From assembly GCA_014584395.1 (NCBI GenBank), contig JACTMY010000018.1:30342-94341 (forward strand): a stretch of DNA of 64,000 nt. Reading direction: 5' to 3'. The notes below the pieces were generated by a model. It was not told the DNA's origin. It worked only from the letters and a program-made list of their open reading frames with translations, and searched no databases. Below are positions 1 to 10,382 of this stretch, piece by piece (the stretch's first letter is position 1; each line of letters starts with the position of its first letter). Made by a program: the position numbers and the translations under genes. This stretch comes from Planctomycetota bacterium (lineage in GTDB: Bacteria > Planctomycetota > Planctomycetia > Gemmatales > HRBIN36).

Positions 1-258
1 GGGACATGAATCCTTATCCTTGTCTGGGGCCATGGAGTTGACGACGGGTTCGCCGTCGCCATTATAGGTGATGCGTCCCTTGATGGTGGCCGTGCCTTTG
101 AATTCCAATGTGCCCGCGGCGGCCGTGCCCCCCGTGGTGGTTCCCGCCTTGGTCGGAGTGGTTTTCTTGGCCTCCTTGGTGGGGGTTTCCTTCTGGCAGC
201 CGGCGAAGGTGCCAACGGCCACGCCCAAGATCAGGGCCAAACCTAAGAAACGTTGCAT
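1..258 (-). CDS. Lipoprotein, N-terminal 86 codons only (gene continues past the left edge); resembles the N-terminal half of the adjacent cupredoxin protein
   Basis: Absent from the ORF track because it has no stop in the window. Reverse-strand ATG at 258-256, GGAGGA (rc of 268-273) 9 nt upstream. Translation MQRFLGLALILGVAVGTFAGCQKE... has a signal peptide plus lipobox FAGC. GTATIKGRITYNGDGEPVVNSMAPDKDKDSC parallels GTIKGQVIFSGDKIPESLPFNMTKDQDHC of the 313-1098 product. Confidence 0.55.
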   Translation of the reverse strand, partial: MQRFLGLALILGVAVGTFAGCQKETPTKEAKKTTPTKAGTTTGGTAAAGTLEFKGTATIKGRITYNGDGEPVVNSMAPDKDKDSCP

Positions 259-312
259 GCTCGCAAATCCTCCAGAAAAAGGGTCGTTGATTTACTAGAC
301 ATGAGGGAGCCG

Positions 313-1098
313 TTAGTCAGATTTGGCCTCGAACCGGCCCAGGTCCGTCTCGGCTCCTGGCTTAACGTCGATGTTTTTGCCGCGGCGGCCAACCACCCAC
401 CCTGCTTCTTCGTGCCATAAAACCAGGGTGCGCGTTCCGGCCGGAGCGAGCTTGATGGCAAACTTGCCCTCCTCATCCGTGACGGCAAAGTAGGGATGCT
501 CGAACACGTAGAGGTAGCCCTTCATCCATTCGTGGGCGCCGCAGCGCAGGGAGTTGGGCAAATAGCTCGCCTCCAATTGGAAGGTTTTTTCCGATTGGGG
601 CGGCATCTGTACGTTGTATGAATTGCTGAACCCATCGATCACGACGTTATGAGGAATGGGCGCGGGATTCTTAACCAACAAAGTCTGATCCTTACGCATG
701 GCCAGAACGCGCGGCTCAAAGACGCAAAAAGGCTGATCCAAGACGGCTTCCTTCTGAGCGGGAGCGCCAAGCGACTCATGAACGGGCAACGCTTTGCCGC
801 GCTCGGGCTGCAGGAAGACCACCACGTTGGCCAGCCCTTTGTTCTTGGGATGGACCTTCCATTTGACATCGAGCTGCGGCCCCTTGCTCTGGCAATGATC
901 TTGATCCTTCGTCATGTTGAAGGGCAAGCTTTCAGGGATTTTGTCCCCGCTGAAAATGACTTGCCCCTTGATCGTCCCCCAGCCTTCCTCGGCGGGCATG
1001 GCCGCGGCGTTCGCCGGGGCGGCCTCGGAAAACCACGGACCGATCAACACGAACGGCAACCAGCAGAGGATGAACATCAGCCATCGAGCCAACGGCAT
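313..1098 (-). CDS. Secreted or membrane-anchored blue-copper (cupredoxin) protein with a C-terminal beta-sandwich (carboxypeptidase-regulatory-like) domain
   Basis: Start taken at the internal ATG 1098-1096 (MPLARWLMFILCWLPFVLIG..., hydrophobic N-terminus), which overlaps the upstream stop as TGATG (rc of 1096-1100). Type-1 copper ligand pattern: PHNVVIDG plus C-G-A-H-E-W-M (rc of 523-543), i.e. amicyanin-like C-x2-H-x2-M spacing. Confidence 0.7.
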   Translation of the reverse strand: MPLARWLMFILCWLPFVLIGPWFSEAAPANAAAMPAEEGWGTIKGQVIFSGDKIPESLPFNMTKDQDHCQSKGPQLDVKWKVHPKNKGLANVVVFLQPERGKALPVHESLGAPAQKEAVLDQPFCVFEPRVLAMRKDQTLLVKNPAPIPHNVVIDGFSNSYNVQMPPQSEKTFQLEASYLPNSLRCGAHEWMKGYLYVFEHPYFAVTDEEGKFAIKLAPAGTRTLVLWHEEAGWVVGRRGKNIDVKPGAETDLGRFEAKSD

Positions 1099-4000
1099 CA
1101 ATAATCTCCATGATAGGCGTCGGGACGCGCCCCCGCCTTGCGGCTGGTCGGCGGTGGTTCCGGGATGAAACCCCAACTGATGATGGCGTCCCGAACCGCT
1201 TTTAGTTTTTCTTCCGGAGTGAGAGCGAACTCCACTTGAAGTTGATGATAGGCGCCGTCCAGCAGCGGCAGCGGCACAGCCCCGCCCAGCGGACGCGCGC
1301 CGATGGCCGAAAGCAGGGGCGCCAGTTGGCTGGCCGCCTTCATGCCCGGGTCTTTCATCAACTTTTGCATCCGCGGATATTCTACGCCCCGATTGTAGAA
1401 GTTTTCAAACCAGGGCATGCGGGTGTAAGGAATGACGCGCTTGGGCAAGCCCACCCAGCGGTCGATGTATTCCGGCCGCAATCGCTCAGGAGCATGGTAA
1501 AAGGCCGGGCCTTTCGCCACCAGGTCGCCCTCGGCTAAGTACGTCCCCGCATTGTGGCATTGCAAGCAGAGCTGCCGGTCCACGACCATGCGCCACCCCT
1601 TCTCGAAGTAATCGACTTGGGCGATCTCCGCGTCGGAAAGGTTGGTGAATTGCTTCAGCTTCGCGCGATATTGCTGGCGCAATTTTTCTTGATGGACGGG
1701 ATCCTGGACGTCGGGCCGGGTCGTGAATTCCTCGATCCCCAGCGCTTTCTCCTGCAGGCGATCCACGGCCGTGAAATAGAGCACCAGGGCGTTCGCTTCT
1801 TCCTCGGTCATGTTAAATTGCGGCATCTTCAGGTGCCGATAGACGGCCGGCCGAAGCCCGATGGGCTTGAGCAAGAAGGACGTCAGCCACTTGGGCTGCA
1901 CCTTTTGCCCTTCGCGCATCAAGGGCGGCGGGACCGACCCCATCAAATCGCTGCGGTCGCCCACCAGATTTTTCCGCTCGATCTTGGCCAGCAGTCGAGC
2001 GTGCACGTCGGTGTAGAGGCCGCCATAGGGATCATGCCTGGGCAGCGGCGATTCGAGGGGGATGTTGAAGGTGATCTGCCCGGCGGGGAACTGCTGGGCG
2101 TGGCCTTGTTCATCGCGAAATTGGAACGCTTCCCAAAGCTCCAGGCTAATCTGGCCTTCTTCCGTGTCAATCGATCGGGGCAAGCCCTTGAGGACGATCT
2201 TGCCCGGCGGATCGGCCGTCGTGGCCCGCCAGGAGGAGCTATTTGGATAGCCCAGGTCGTTCTTCAAATCGGTTTGCGTCGTTTCATTCTTGAACTGTCT
2301 GAGCACAAACGCTTTGGTTTCTTCGTCCATCGCCACTTCGTAGCGGCCGGGTTTGACGATGTGGCAGCCGACGCAGTTATACTTTTCGAGCAGGTGCAGC
2401 CCCTTGACCTCGTTCATCCGGTCGCGGCGCGGCTGATGGACGAACTTCATGGGCACCGGCTCGGCGACGAGCCCCAGGATGAAGGTCATGACCGCTTCGC
2501 GCCCCTTTTGTTCGGCCAAGGCCGAGCGGGCCTGGAAGTCGGCCTCGGATTCATTGGGCTTGCGGGCCACCCGAGCGAACTTGAACTGCGGCATCTTCAA
2601 GTGGTCGTCCCAGGTTCGCTCCTTGAACTTCTCATAGTCGAAGCTGCGCGGTTCGTAGAGCTTTTGATGCAAGAAGCCGTCTCTTCGCTTCGATCCCAAG
2701 GCGTCTTTGAAGAAGGGATCGTAGCCTTCGAGATGATCGGCCACGTATTTGTTGATGTTGTCGAAAGCCAGGCGTTCGGCGTCCTTCTTGCCCCAATCAT
2801 TGAGGGGAACGCCGATCGGTTTGGCGGTTTCGAAACCGGGGATGTCATGGCAAGAGAAGCAGCCGTTGCGGCTGATGGTCTTGCGGCCGAGATAATACAG
2901 CTTCCGCTCCTCATGGCTCATCTGCGCCAAGGGTGAATGGCTGGGGTGTTGCGCGGCCAGGATGCGCTCGTCGGCGTCGGGCCGCATGAAGCGGACGTTC
3001 TCGATGCCCTTGGCCAAAGCGTCGCGGGCATCGGAGCGGGTCGCCAGGGCCTTTTCCAGATACATGAGCACCATGCCGTCGACGTCGCCGGTGGAGACTT
3101 CGACTTGCTGCCATTCCTTGCCCGCGGGGACGTTGCCTTGATCGGTCAGCAGCCAGGCGACCAGGTCGGCCCGCTCCGCGGGGCTCAGTTGGGGAATGGG
3201 CATCATCGTGCGCGGATGGTAAGCGCTCGGATTGGTCAGCCAGGCGTAAAGCCAGGCTTCGGCGCGGTTTTTGTCCTGATCATAGCCCAGCTTTTCCCGC
3301 AAGCCGATGAGATTCGGGCCATAGCGCGTCTCGGCGAGCAAGTCGCTGAGCGTTTCATCGCTCTTGTGCTGATCGCGAATGGTTTCGTGGCCGTGGCAGG
3401 CCAGACAGCCCTTGAGTTGGAAGATTTTTTCGCCGTTTTTGGGGTCGGGCTTGTGAGCGGCGATTTCGGGCGCGGGCCAGGGCTGCTTTTTCAGGGCGTT
3501 GGCGGATTGATGCATCCCTTCCAGGTCGCGCAGATGATCCAGCACCGCACGGAGTTGATCCTTGGACACGTTGGCGCGGCGCTCGGGCGCCAGTTTGACC
3601 AAATCCTCAACGGGCGTATCGGGCGGCAACTGGGGATCCTGATGCCGGGGCGCCAATTGCGGGTTGTCCTGCCGTTGCTGCTCGATGAGCATGTAGGCCT
3701 TGCGAACATCCTGCAATTGCATCCATTCGCTCGGTCCCATGGCATGGACGGCTTGAAGCTGGGCCAGGTAGCTTTCGCTCGCCTTGGCCAGGTAATAGCT
3801 CATGGCGCGGATTTCCGCGTCGGGGAAGGCTTTGTAATGATCGCCCAGGTTGGAAGGGCCGGGACGATCATCCGCCAATTGATGCGGATGGTTGTTGTGC
3901 AAACCGTAGTAATGCGGCATGCGAGTTTCCGGCCGGAACGCGCGCGGATTGCGAATCCAGCGCGACATCCAGCCTTCGTTCAGCTTTTCGGCCAGGCGGC

Positions 4001-5558
4001 GCAAGCCGGGGCCAACCTTGCGGAAGCCTCCCGGAGGATCGCCAGGGTCGGCCATCGCCTTGGCTTTTTCTAGCGGCGAAAGGTTGTCCAAAGGGGGATA
4101 AGGCTCAAGCCGCAGGTCGGGGCCGATCGACCGGCCCGACTTGTACCCGGAGATTTCATGGCAGCCAAAGCAGCCCAGGTCGCGGACCAGGCGATACCCT
4201 TCGAGCAGTTTGGGGGCCTCTTCCTTGCCATCGGTGCGAATGAGGTCGAAGACCTGGTGGTGGCACTTCAAGCAGGAGGATTCGATGAAGCGATGGGGAA
4301 TCTGCGGATAGTCCCACATGAAGTCGGGGTGCAGGCTTTCCGCCCAATGGTAATCATGCTCCCAGCGGTGTTTCTTATCTTCATAGGTCTCGACATCGCG
4401 GCCGTTGGTCTTCGTCGTATCGGGGAAGTGGTAGGCAAACTTGAACGTCGCGGACCCGCCCTGCCCCGAATGGCAAACGGTGCAGGCAAACTTTTCCACC
4501 GGATGCGGGCTATTCGACCCCACGAACAATTCCTGCCGCGGGTGGCCGCAATAGGCGGCAACGTCGGCGGCGGTGAGACGCCGCTTCTTGAGGGCCGCGG
4601 GCAGGCTGTTGTAGATCGCCAGTTCCGCTTCCGACTCCGGCGGCTCGTCCTTGTGCTTATTCAGGAACTCCACCAAGTCGCGCAGCCGATCCTTGGTGTA
4701 ATCCGCCTTGTCGATGAACATGTGGCAAGTAGCGCAGCGATCCAGGCGCTGCACGTGCTTGAAGTTGTAATCGATCGTCAAGCCATCGGGGATGTGCTGT
4801 TCGATCTTGAAGGGGGGAGCAAAGGCATCCAGGATGGGCAGGTTGCGAAACGCGGCGCCGGCCCCATAAGTGCGCTGATCGGCCAGGCGCGCCAGGCGAT
4901 CCCGTTCCCGGGTCAACCGGTCCAGTTCCGCCACTGCGCCAGCGGCTTCCGCCCGTGCGTTTTGAATGTTTTGCTCCAGTTCGTCCCGTTCCTTGTCCAT
5001 TTTGGCGACTTCATCTTCCAACGGCAGCAGCACACGGGCGACGAAGACGTTGATGCGATCTTCCTCATAAAGGACGGCATCCTCGGGAGCATGGGCATGG
5101 AGGAGAATGTCGCGGAAACTGACCAAGGAATCTCGGACCGCCTTCTGCGACGACAAACGCTCGGCGGCCTTGTGCAGCTTCGGCTTCAGCTCATTCAGTT
5201 TCGCTTGCCACTCGCGAATCTGGTCGTTGGCGATGCGCAGCAGCAGTTGCTTGGCGTCTTCCTCAAACGAATCCGTCTTCAAGGTCTCGGAAATGCCCGG
5301 CTGCAAGGCGTCGAACTTCATTTTGACCATGGCCCGGGCCGCCTCGATGGCCTCGGCGTTGGCCGACTGCAACTGCGCGACCTCTTGCCGGAGCAGGGAG
5401 ACTTCGATCTCCCGCCCTTTGCGCTGGACCGATTTGAATTCGCGGTCGTAATCGACCCAGAACATCCAAATCAAACTGGCCAGCATGGCCACGCTGGACA
5501 GGGAAAAGACGATGTCCAGCATTTTCTGATTTCGGTAGAAATCGTCGCGTGCAGCCAT
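1098..5558 (-). CDS. Octahaem c-type cytochrome (1486 aa), N-terminal TM anchor plus long coiled coil
   Basis: Eight CxxCH motifs: CATCH, CTVCH, CLKCH, CFGCH, CLACH, CFSCH, CVGCH, CLQCH. N-terminal hydrophobic helix IVFSLSSVAMLASLIWMFWV followed by heptad-like charged sequence. ATG at 5558 with a GAGGA-like SD. Sits in an operon with Rieske/cytochrome b genes. Confidence 0.9.
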   Translation of the reverse strand: MAARDDFYRNQKMLDIVFSLSSVAMLASLIWMFWVDYDREFKSVQRKGREIEVSLLRQEVAQLQSANAEAIEAARAMVKMKFDALQPGISETLKTDSFEEDAKQLLLRIANDQIREWQAKLNELKPKLHKAAERLSSQKAVRDSLVSFRDILLHAHAPEDAVLYEEDRINVFVARVLLPLEDEVAKMDKERDELEQNIQNARAEAAGAVAELDRLTRERDRLARLADQRTYGAGAAFRNLPILDAFAPPFKIEQHIPDGLTIDYNFKHVQRLDRCATCHMFIDKADYTKDRLRDLVEFLNKHKDEPPESEAELAIYNSLPAALKKRRLTAADVAAYCGHPRQELFVGSNSPHPVEKFACTVCHSGQGGSATFKFAYHFPDTTKTNGRDVETYEDKKHRWEHDYHWAESLHPDFMWDYPQIPHRFIESSCLKCHHQVFDLIRTDGKEEAPKLLEGYRLVRDLGCFGCHEISGYKSGRSIGPDLRLEPYPPLDNLSPLEKAKAMADPGDPPGGFRKVGPGLRRLAEKLNEGWMSRWIRNPRAFRPETRMPHYYGLHNNHPHQLADDRPGPSNLGDHYKAFPDAEIRAMSYYLAKASESYLAQLQAVHAMGPSEWMQLQDVRKAYMLIEQQRQDNPQLAPRHQDPQLPPDTPVEDLVKLAPERRANVSKDQLRAVLDHLRDLEGMHQSANALKKQPWPAPEIAAHKPDPKNGEKIFQLKGCLACHGHETIRDQHKSDETLSDLLAETRYGPNLIGLREKLGYDQDKNRAEAWLYAWLTNPSAYHPRTMMPIPQLSPAERADLVAWLLTDQGNVPAGKEWQQVEVSTGDVDGMVLMYLEKALATRSDARDALAKGIENVRFMRPDADERILAAQHPSHSPLAQMSHEERKLYYLGRKTISRNGCFSCHDIPGFETAKPIGVPLNDWGKKDAERLAFDNINKYVADHLEGYDPFFKDALGSKRRDGFLHQKLYEPRSFDYEKFKERTWDDHLKMPQFKFARVARKPNESEADFQARSALAEQKGREAVMTFILGLVAEPVPMKFVHQPRRDRMNEVKGLHLLEKYNCVGCHIVKPGRYEVAMDEETKAFVLRQFKNETTQTDLKNDLGYPNSSSWRATTADPPGKIVLKGLPRSIDTEEGQISLELWEAFQFRDEQGHAQQFPAGQITFNIPLESPLPRHDPYGGLYTDVHARLLAKIERKNLVGDRSDLMGSVPPPLMREGQKVQPKWLTSFLLKPIGLRPAVYRHLKMPQFNMTEEEANALVLYFTAVDRLQEKALGIEEFTTRPDVQDPVHQEKLRQQYRAKLKQFTNLSDAEIAQVDYFEKGWRMVVDRQLCLQCHNAGTYLAEGDLVAKGPAFYHAPERLRPEYIDRWVGLPKRVIPYTRMPWFENFYNRGVEYPRMQKLMKDPGMKAASQLAPLLSAIGARPLGGAVPLPLLDGAYHQLQVEFALTPEEKLKAVRDAIISWGFIPEPPPTSRKAGARPDAYHGDY

Positions 5559-5622
5559 ATCATCCTCGCAAGGTTGCGGTCATCAATCCCAGCCCAGCCA
5601 CCATCCACAGCCGCGTCCCGGC

Positions 5623-7206
5623 CTAAATATGGAAGAAGAATTCCGGGATGGCCACGATGTATTTTAAATCGATCGTCCAGCGGAGCAGCATCTTGATGGG
5701 CAGACTGGCCATCAAGAGCAGCAGCATCACCAGCGTGATATAGCGAATGAAGCCCATCCGCAGGAAAAAGGAGCGCATGATCGTCTTCGCCAACAGCGGC
5801 GGCAGGACGAAGAAGAAGGCCAGGATCAAAAGAATCCCGGGCAGCTCCCGCATGAAAATCACCCACAAGCTGACCGACCCGGTCGGGTGCTCCCACAAAA
5901 TGCCCAACCACCGAATCCAGAAATAATCCGAGAGGTTGACGTTGTTCAGGGGCACGAGCTTGTGCGGATCCCATTCCTCATACAGCCCATAGAAGTTCCA
6001 GTTAGGCCCGCGGAGGAAGGTCCCCAGGAAGATGAGGACCACCCACAAGATGACGAAGCCAAACAGGAAGCTGATGATCGAAAAGGCTCTTTCCTTGAAG
6101 GTGTAGTAGCCATTGCCTTTTTGATTGAAGTCGATGTAGGGCATGGCCATCAGCCCCAGGATGATGAGCGTGGGAAAAACCACGCCGGCGAGCCAGGGGT
6201 CGTAATAGACCAGCATTTCCTGCAGTCCCAGGAAGTACCAAGGCGCCTTGGACGGGTTGGGCGTCTTGGTGCTGGAAGCGGGCTGTTCGAGTGGAGCGGG
6301 CAATGCCACAGCCCAAACGACCAGGATCACCGTCACCACGACCATGCAGATCAATTCGGTATAGACCAGGTCCGGCCACACCAGGACCTTTTCATCCTCG
6401 ATCTTCTCCAAGGGCGGTTCGCCGCGCTCCATGCGTTCATCGTTGATGACGGCGCGGCGCAGGGGCAGCCACGTGAAATAGGCCACCGTGAAGACGAGGA
6501 AGACGATGGGCACATTATCGGGTTTGCCGATGATGTGGCGGAAGTCCGGGTCGGTCATGCTCCAGCCGCCGAAAAGGAGCATGAGATTCATGACGAGCCA
6601 GGCGACGTTGGGTTCGGTGAACAGCTTGCGCCACACCAGAACGGCGGCGAAGACGGCGTTCGCCAGCATGAAGTAGGTCACCGCGCCGGTGCCGTAGAGG
6701 ATGACCATAAGCACCGAGATGATGATCCACCACAGGACCATGCGCTCGCCCGCGCCCATGCCGCAAAAGAGTTCGCGGGTGTCTTCCGTGAACATGGCCC
6801 CGATCCTGACGCGGAGCACATAGCTGAACAGCGCGTCGCAAATCCACAGCCCCAGACACAAGTACATCAAGAATTCGACGCTGCGCGTGATGATGTCGTT
6901 GAGCGAGAGATTGCCCGGCGCGGGGGGCAGGCCCATGCTGGTCAGGCCCCGCGACAGGCCATAGTCGCTCAGATCGCGGACCCAGTAGGGCAGGAAGCGT
7001 CCCTGATCCGAGCCGAAGTTGTGCATCACGTACATGAGCACGTGCAGCAGAAACAGCCCGGAAACGGCGAACCAGAAATAGGCCCATTTGCGGCTCTGAT
7101 TCACCTTGAGTTGATACCAGCCAAATCCAACGTTGGCCAGCATGACGACCAGGTAGTACCAGGCCAAACCGTTTTGCACCTGGGGATTCAGATCGGCACC
7201 GTGCAT
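5623..7206 (-). CDS. Expanded cytochrome b C-terminal / b6f subunit IV-like polytopic membrane protein (527 aa)
   Basis: PWYFLGLQEML (rc of about 6232-6243) matches the PEWY Qo-site motif of cytochrome b C-terminal half / PetD. About 300 aa of extra TM helices lie N-terminal and further helices C-terminal. Located directly downstream of the b6-like gene. Confidence 0.8.
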   Translation of the reverse strand: MHGADLNPQVQNGLAWYYLVVMLANVGFGWYQLKVNQSRKWAYFWFAVSGLFLLHVLMYVMHNFGSDQGRFLPYWVRDLSDYGLSRGLTSMGLPPAPGNLSLNDIITRSVEFLMYLCLGLWICDALFSYVLRVRIGAMFTEDTRELFCGMGAGERMVLWWIIISVLMVILYGTGAVTYFMLANAVFAAVLVWRKLFTEPNVAWLVMNLMLLFGGWSMTDPDFRHIIGKPDNVPIVFLVFTVAYFTWLPLRRAVINDERMERGEPPLEKIEDEKVLVWPDLVYTELICMVVVTVILVVWAVALPAPLEQPASSTKTPNPSKAPWYFLGLQEMLVYYDPWLAGVVFPTLIILGLMAMPYIDFNQKGNGYYTFKERAFSIISFLFGFVILWVVLIFLGTFLRGPNWNFYGLYEEWDPHKLVPLNNVNLSDYFWIRWLGILWEHPTGSVSLWVIFMRELPGILLILAFFFVLPPLLAKTIMRSFFLRMGFIRYITLVMLLLLMASLPIKMLLRWTIDLKYIVAIPEFFFHI

Positions 7207-7314
7207 AACCGTTCTCTTCTTCGCTGAAGATCACCCCACCCGCGGTGGGACACCACGATCCAAACAACCACCTCGCCAGACGGACCCATCCCATCCAGGC
7301 GAGTCGCGGCGATG

Positions 7315-8088
<774 letters not shown>

Positions 8089-8140
8089 GGTTTAGTCCTT
8101 CAAGACGTTCAAAATGGAAGCGCTGGAAAAAGTCAAACCG

Positions 8141-8764
8141 CTAGACCTGCACGGAAGCGTCGGGGCTGCCCCATTCCCCCAATTCATGTTGAAACTTCTT
8201 GCTCTTGTCGACCAGCAACTGGCCATCGTCGGCAATGCTGATCTTGAATCGCTCCAAGGGGCGAGGCGCGGGGCCCTCGAAATTGATCCCGTTCTTGTAG
8301 AAGCCGCTGCCATGGCAGGGACATTTGAATTTTTGCTCGTTTTCCAACCAATTGGGGGTGCAGCCCAGGTGCGTGCAGATCGTGCTCAGGGCAAAAATCG
8401 TGTTGCCCTCGCGCACCAGCCAAACGCCTTGTTCTTGCTTGTAGCGTTCGACGACCTGTCCGGGTTCATAGCCGCCTGGAACCCCTGCCTTGAAGGAACT
8501 GGGTGGCTCCGCCAGGACGTTGGGGAACATGAAGCGGACCGTGCCGAGGGCCATCGCCGCCATGGAGGCGCAAAACGTCGTCCAGGCGATGCCCATCCAG
8601 GTGAACAGAAAGAAGCGGCGATCCGCGCCAGGCTTTTTCACCGGCGGCTTGGCTGGCGGCGGAACCGCGGGAGGCGTTGCCGAAGGGGCGGCGGCAGTGG
8701 CGGTTCCAGCCGTCCCCGCGGGGGAGGCTGCCGTCGTTTCAGCAGGCTTGGTCGGTTCTGACAT
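8141..8764 (-). CDS. petC: Rieske [2Fe-2S] subunit
   Basis: CTHLGC ... CPCHGS cluster-binding boxes and an RRFFLF TM/Tat-like anchor. Start placed at ATG 8764 (GAGGAT upstream). The track start at 8827 is a TTG and is less likely. Confidence 0.85.
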   Translation of the reverse strand: MSEPTKPAETTAASPAGTAGTATAAAPSATPPAVPPPAKPPVKKPGADRRFFLFTWMGIAWTTFCASMAAMALGTVRFMFPNVLAEPPSSFKAGVPGGYEPGQVVERYKQEQGVWLVREGNTIFALSTICTHLGCTPNWLENEQKFKCPCHGSGFYKNGINFEGPAPRPLERFKISIADDGQLLVDKSKKFQHELGEWGSPDASVQV

Positions 8765-9128
8765 GGGGATCCTCGTGGCACTCGGACCTACTGGCTTCAC
8801 CCTATTGGAGCTTTGTCCTTTATACAACCTAAGTTGTAAGGTTCAAAACCCCGGAAGCAACCAATTTGTGGAGATTCTGACGATTTTTGATCAGCAATCA
8901 AGATGCCACTGGCCAGGAAGTTGGATTCTCATTGAAAATCCCTTTGAATCTTTACGACACTGTGCATGATCCTTCCCGGCCGTGCAAAAATGGCCCCCAT
9001 CGATTCTCGGCCATGAGAATCGATGGGCTTCATTGCCGGGCCGATGCAAACTTCTAGGCTATGGGAATAACGATGACCGTGTCCTTGAACGGTCAGCTAT
9101 TTCGTTCCGTCGGAGTCGCTCATTCCTC

Positions 9129-10334
9129 ATGTCGGTTCATTTGTGGGATTGGCAAACCCCCGCGCCTGAAGCGTGCCGTGGCGCCGTTCTTGCCCTGGGT
9201 AATTTTGACGGCGTCCACCGAGGCCATGCGGACCTCATGGGCCGCCTCCAAGCGATGGCGCGGCGGCTTGCCACCTTCCCCATGGCGGTGACGTTCGATC
9301 CGCATCCCCTGCACTTTCTGGCTCCTGGAGCCGATCCGATTCCCCTGGCCGCCTTATCGCGTCGCTGCGAATGGCTGCAGCAAGCCGGCGCCAGCAAGGT
9401 GCTCATCCTGAAGGTTACTCCAGAGCTGTTGCAGCTCTCTCCTGAGTTTTTCTTCCACGAAGTGTTAAGCGGCAAGCTCCATGCCCGGGGTTTCGTTGAA
9501 GGTCCCAATTTCGCCTTCGGCAAAGACCGCGCCGGCACGCCGCAAGTCTTGCAGACCCTTTGCGAGGCCTCCGGACTGCCACTGGAAATCGCCGCGCCCA
9601 TGATGCAGGACGGGGACATCGTTTCCAGCAGCCGCATTCGACAAGCAATCATGGCGGGGGACGTTCGCTTAGCCGAGCGTTTGCTGGGCAGGCCGCATGA
9701 AGCCGAGGGGGTCGTCGGCCGCGGCGCGAGTCGGGGCCAGCGCATCGGTTTTCCCACCGCCAATCTGGAGGGGATCACGACGCTGCTTCCCCCTATCGGC
9801 GTCTACGCCGCATGGGGCGAGATGGAGGGTGAACGCTGGCCGGCGGCCATCAACCTCGGGCCCAACCCCACCTTCGCGGAACACCACGACAAAGTCGAGG
9901 CCCATCTCATTGGGTTTCAAGGTTCGCTCTTCGGCCGCCCCCTACGGTTGGGCTTCCTGGATCGTTTGCGAAACGTGACCGCCTTCCCTTCCGTGGAAGC
10001 GCTGCAGCAGCAACTCAAGCAGGACATCGCGGCTGCTCAAGCCATCTTCCAGTCGAACCGGAGTCAATCGTCCGCGATTAAAACCGTGGCCGCCCCGCAA
10101 GAGCTGCGACAGCGCGTGGAAGTCGTGCTCAATTCGACCTTGCGCCCCATTTTGCAGGACACGGGCGGCAACGTCATCCTCGTCGACATCACCGAGGACA
10201 AGGTGGCCCGGATCAGCCTTCAGGGGACGTGTCGCGGATGCCCCAGCACCGTGATGAGCATCATCATGGGGATCGAAAGCGAACTGCGCGACATGGTCCC
10301 AGAAATCGCCTATCTTGAAGTCATTGGCGACTAG
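9129..10334 (+). CDS. ribF: Bifunctional riboflavin kinase / FAD synthetase fused to a C-terminal NifU/Nfu Fe-S scaffold-type domain
   Basis: GNFDGVHRGH (FAD synthetase nucleotidyltransferase motif) and GFPTANL (riboflavin kinase). The last ~75 aa, LRPILQDTGGNVILVDITEDKVARISLQGTCRGCPSTVMSIIMGIESEL, match the NifU C-terminal domain with CxxC. ATG at 9129 is preferred over the track start 8982 because it lies just before the conserved N-terminus. Confidence 0.8.
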   Translation: MSVHLWDWQTPAPEACRGAVLALGNFDGVHRGHADLMGRLQAMARRLATFPMAVTFDPHPLHFLAPGADPIPLAALSRRCEWLQQAGASKVLILKVTPELLQLSPEFFFHEVLSGKLHARGFVEGPNFAFGKDRAGTPQVLQTLCEASGLPLEIAAPMMQDGDIVSSSRIRQAIMAGDVRLAERLLGRPHEAEGVVGRGASRGQRIGFPTANLEGITTLLPPIGVYAAWGEMEGERWPAAINLGPNPTFAEHHDKVEAHLIGFQGSLFGRPLRLGFLDRLRNVTAFPSVEALQQQLKQDIAAAQAIFQSNRSQSSAIKTVAAPQELRQRVEVVLNSTLRPILQDTGGNVILVDITEDKVARISLQGTCRGCPSTVMSIIMGIESELRDMVPEIAYLEVIGD

Positions 10335-10382
10335 GCGCGGCAGGATGTTCTCCGCGAGCCTGTGATGGCGTCATGATCAGGA

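Noticed and set aside
1554-5696. Three long plus-strand ORFs (1554-2936, 2937-4073, 4158-5696; 378-512 aa) opposite the octahaem cytochrome gene
   Set aside because: These are antisense shadow ORFs typical of GC-rich DNA. Their translations are low-complexity (Gly/Arg/Ala/Leu-rich) with no motifs. The minus-strand frame carries eight CxxCH sites and an SD-preceded ATG.
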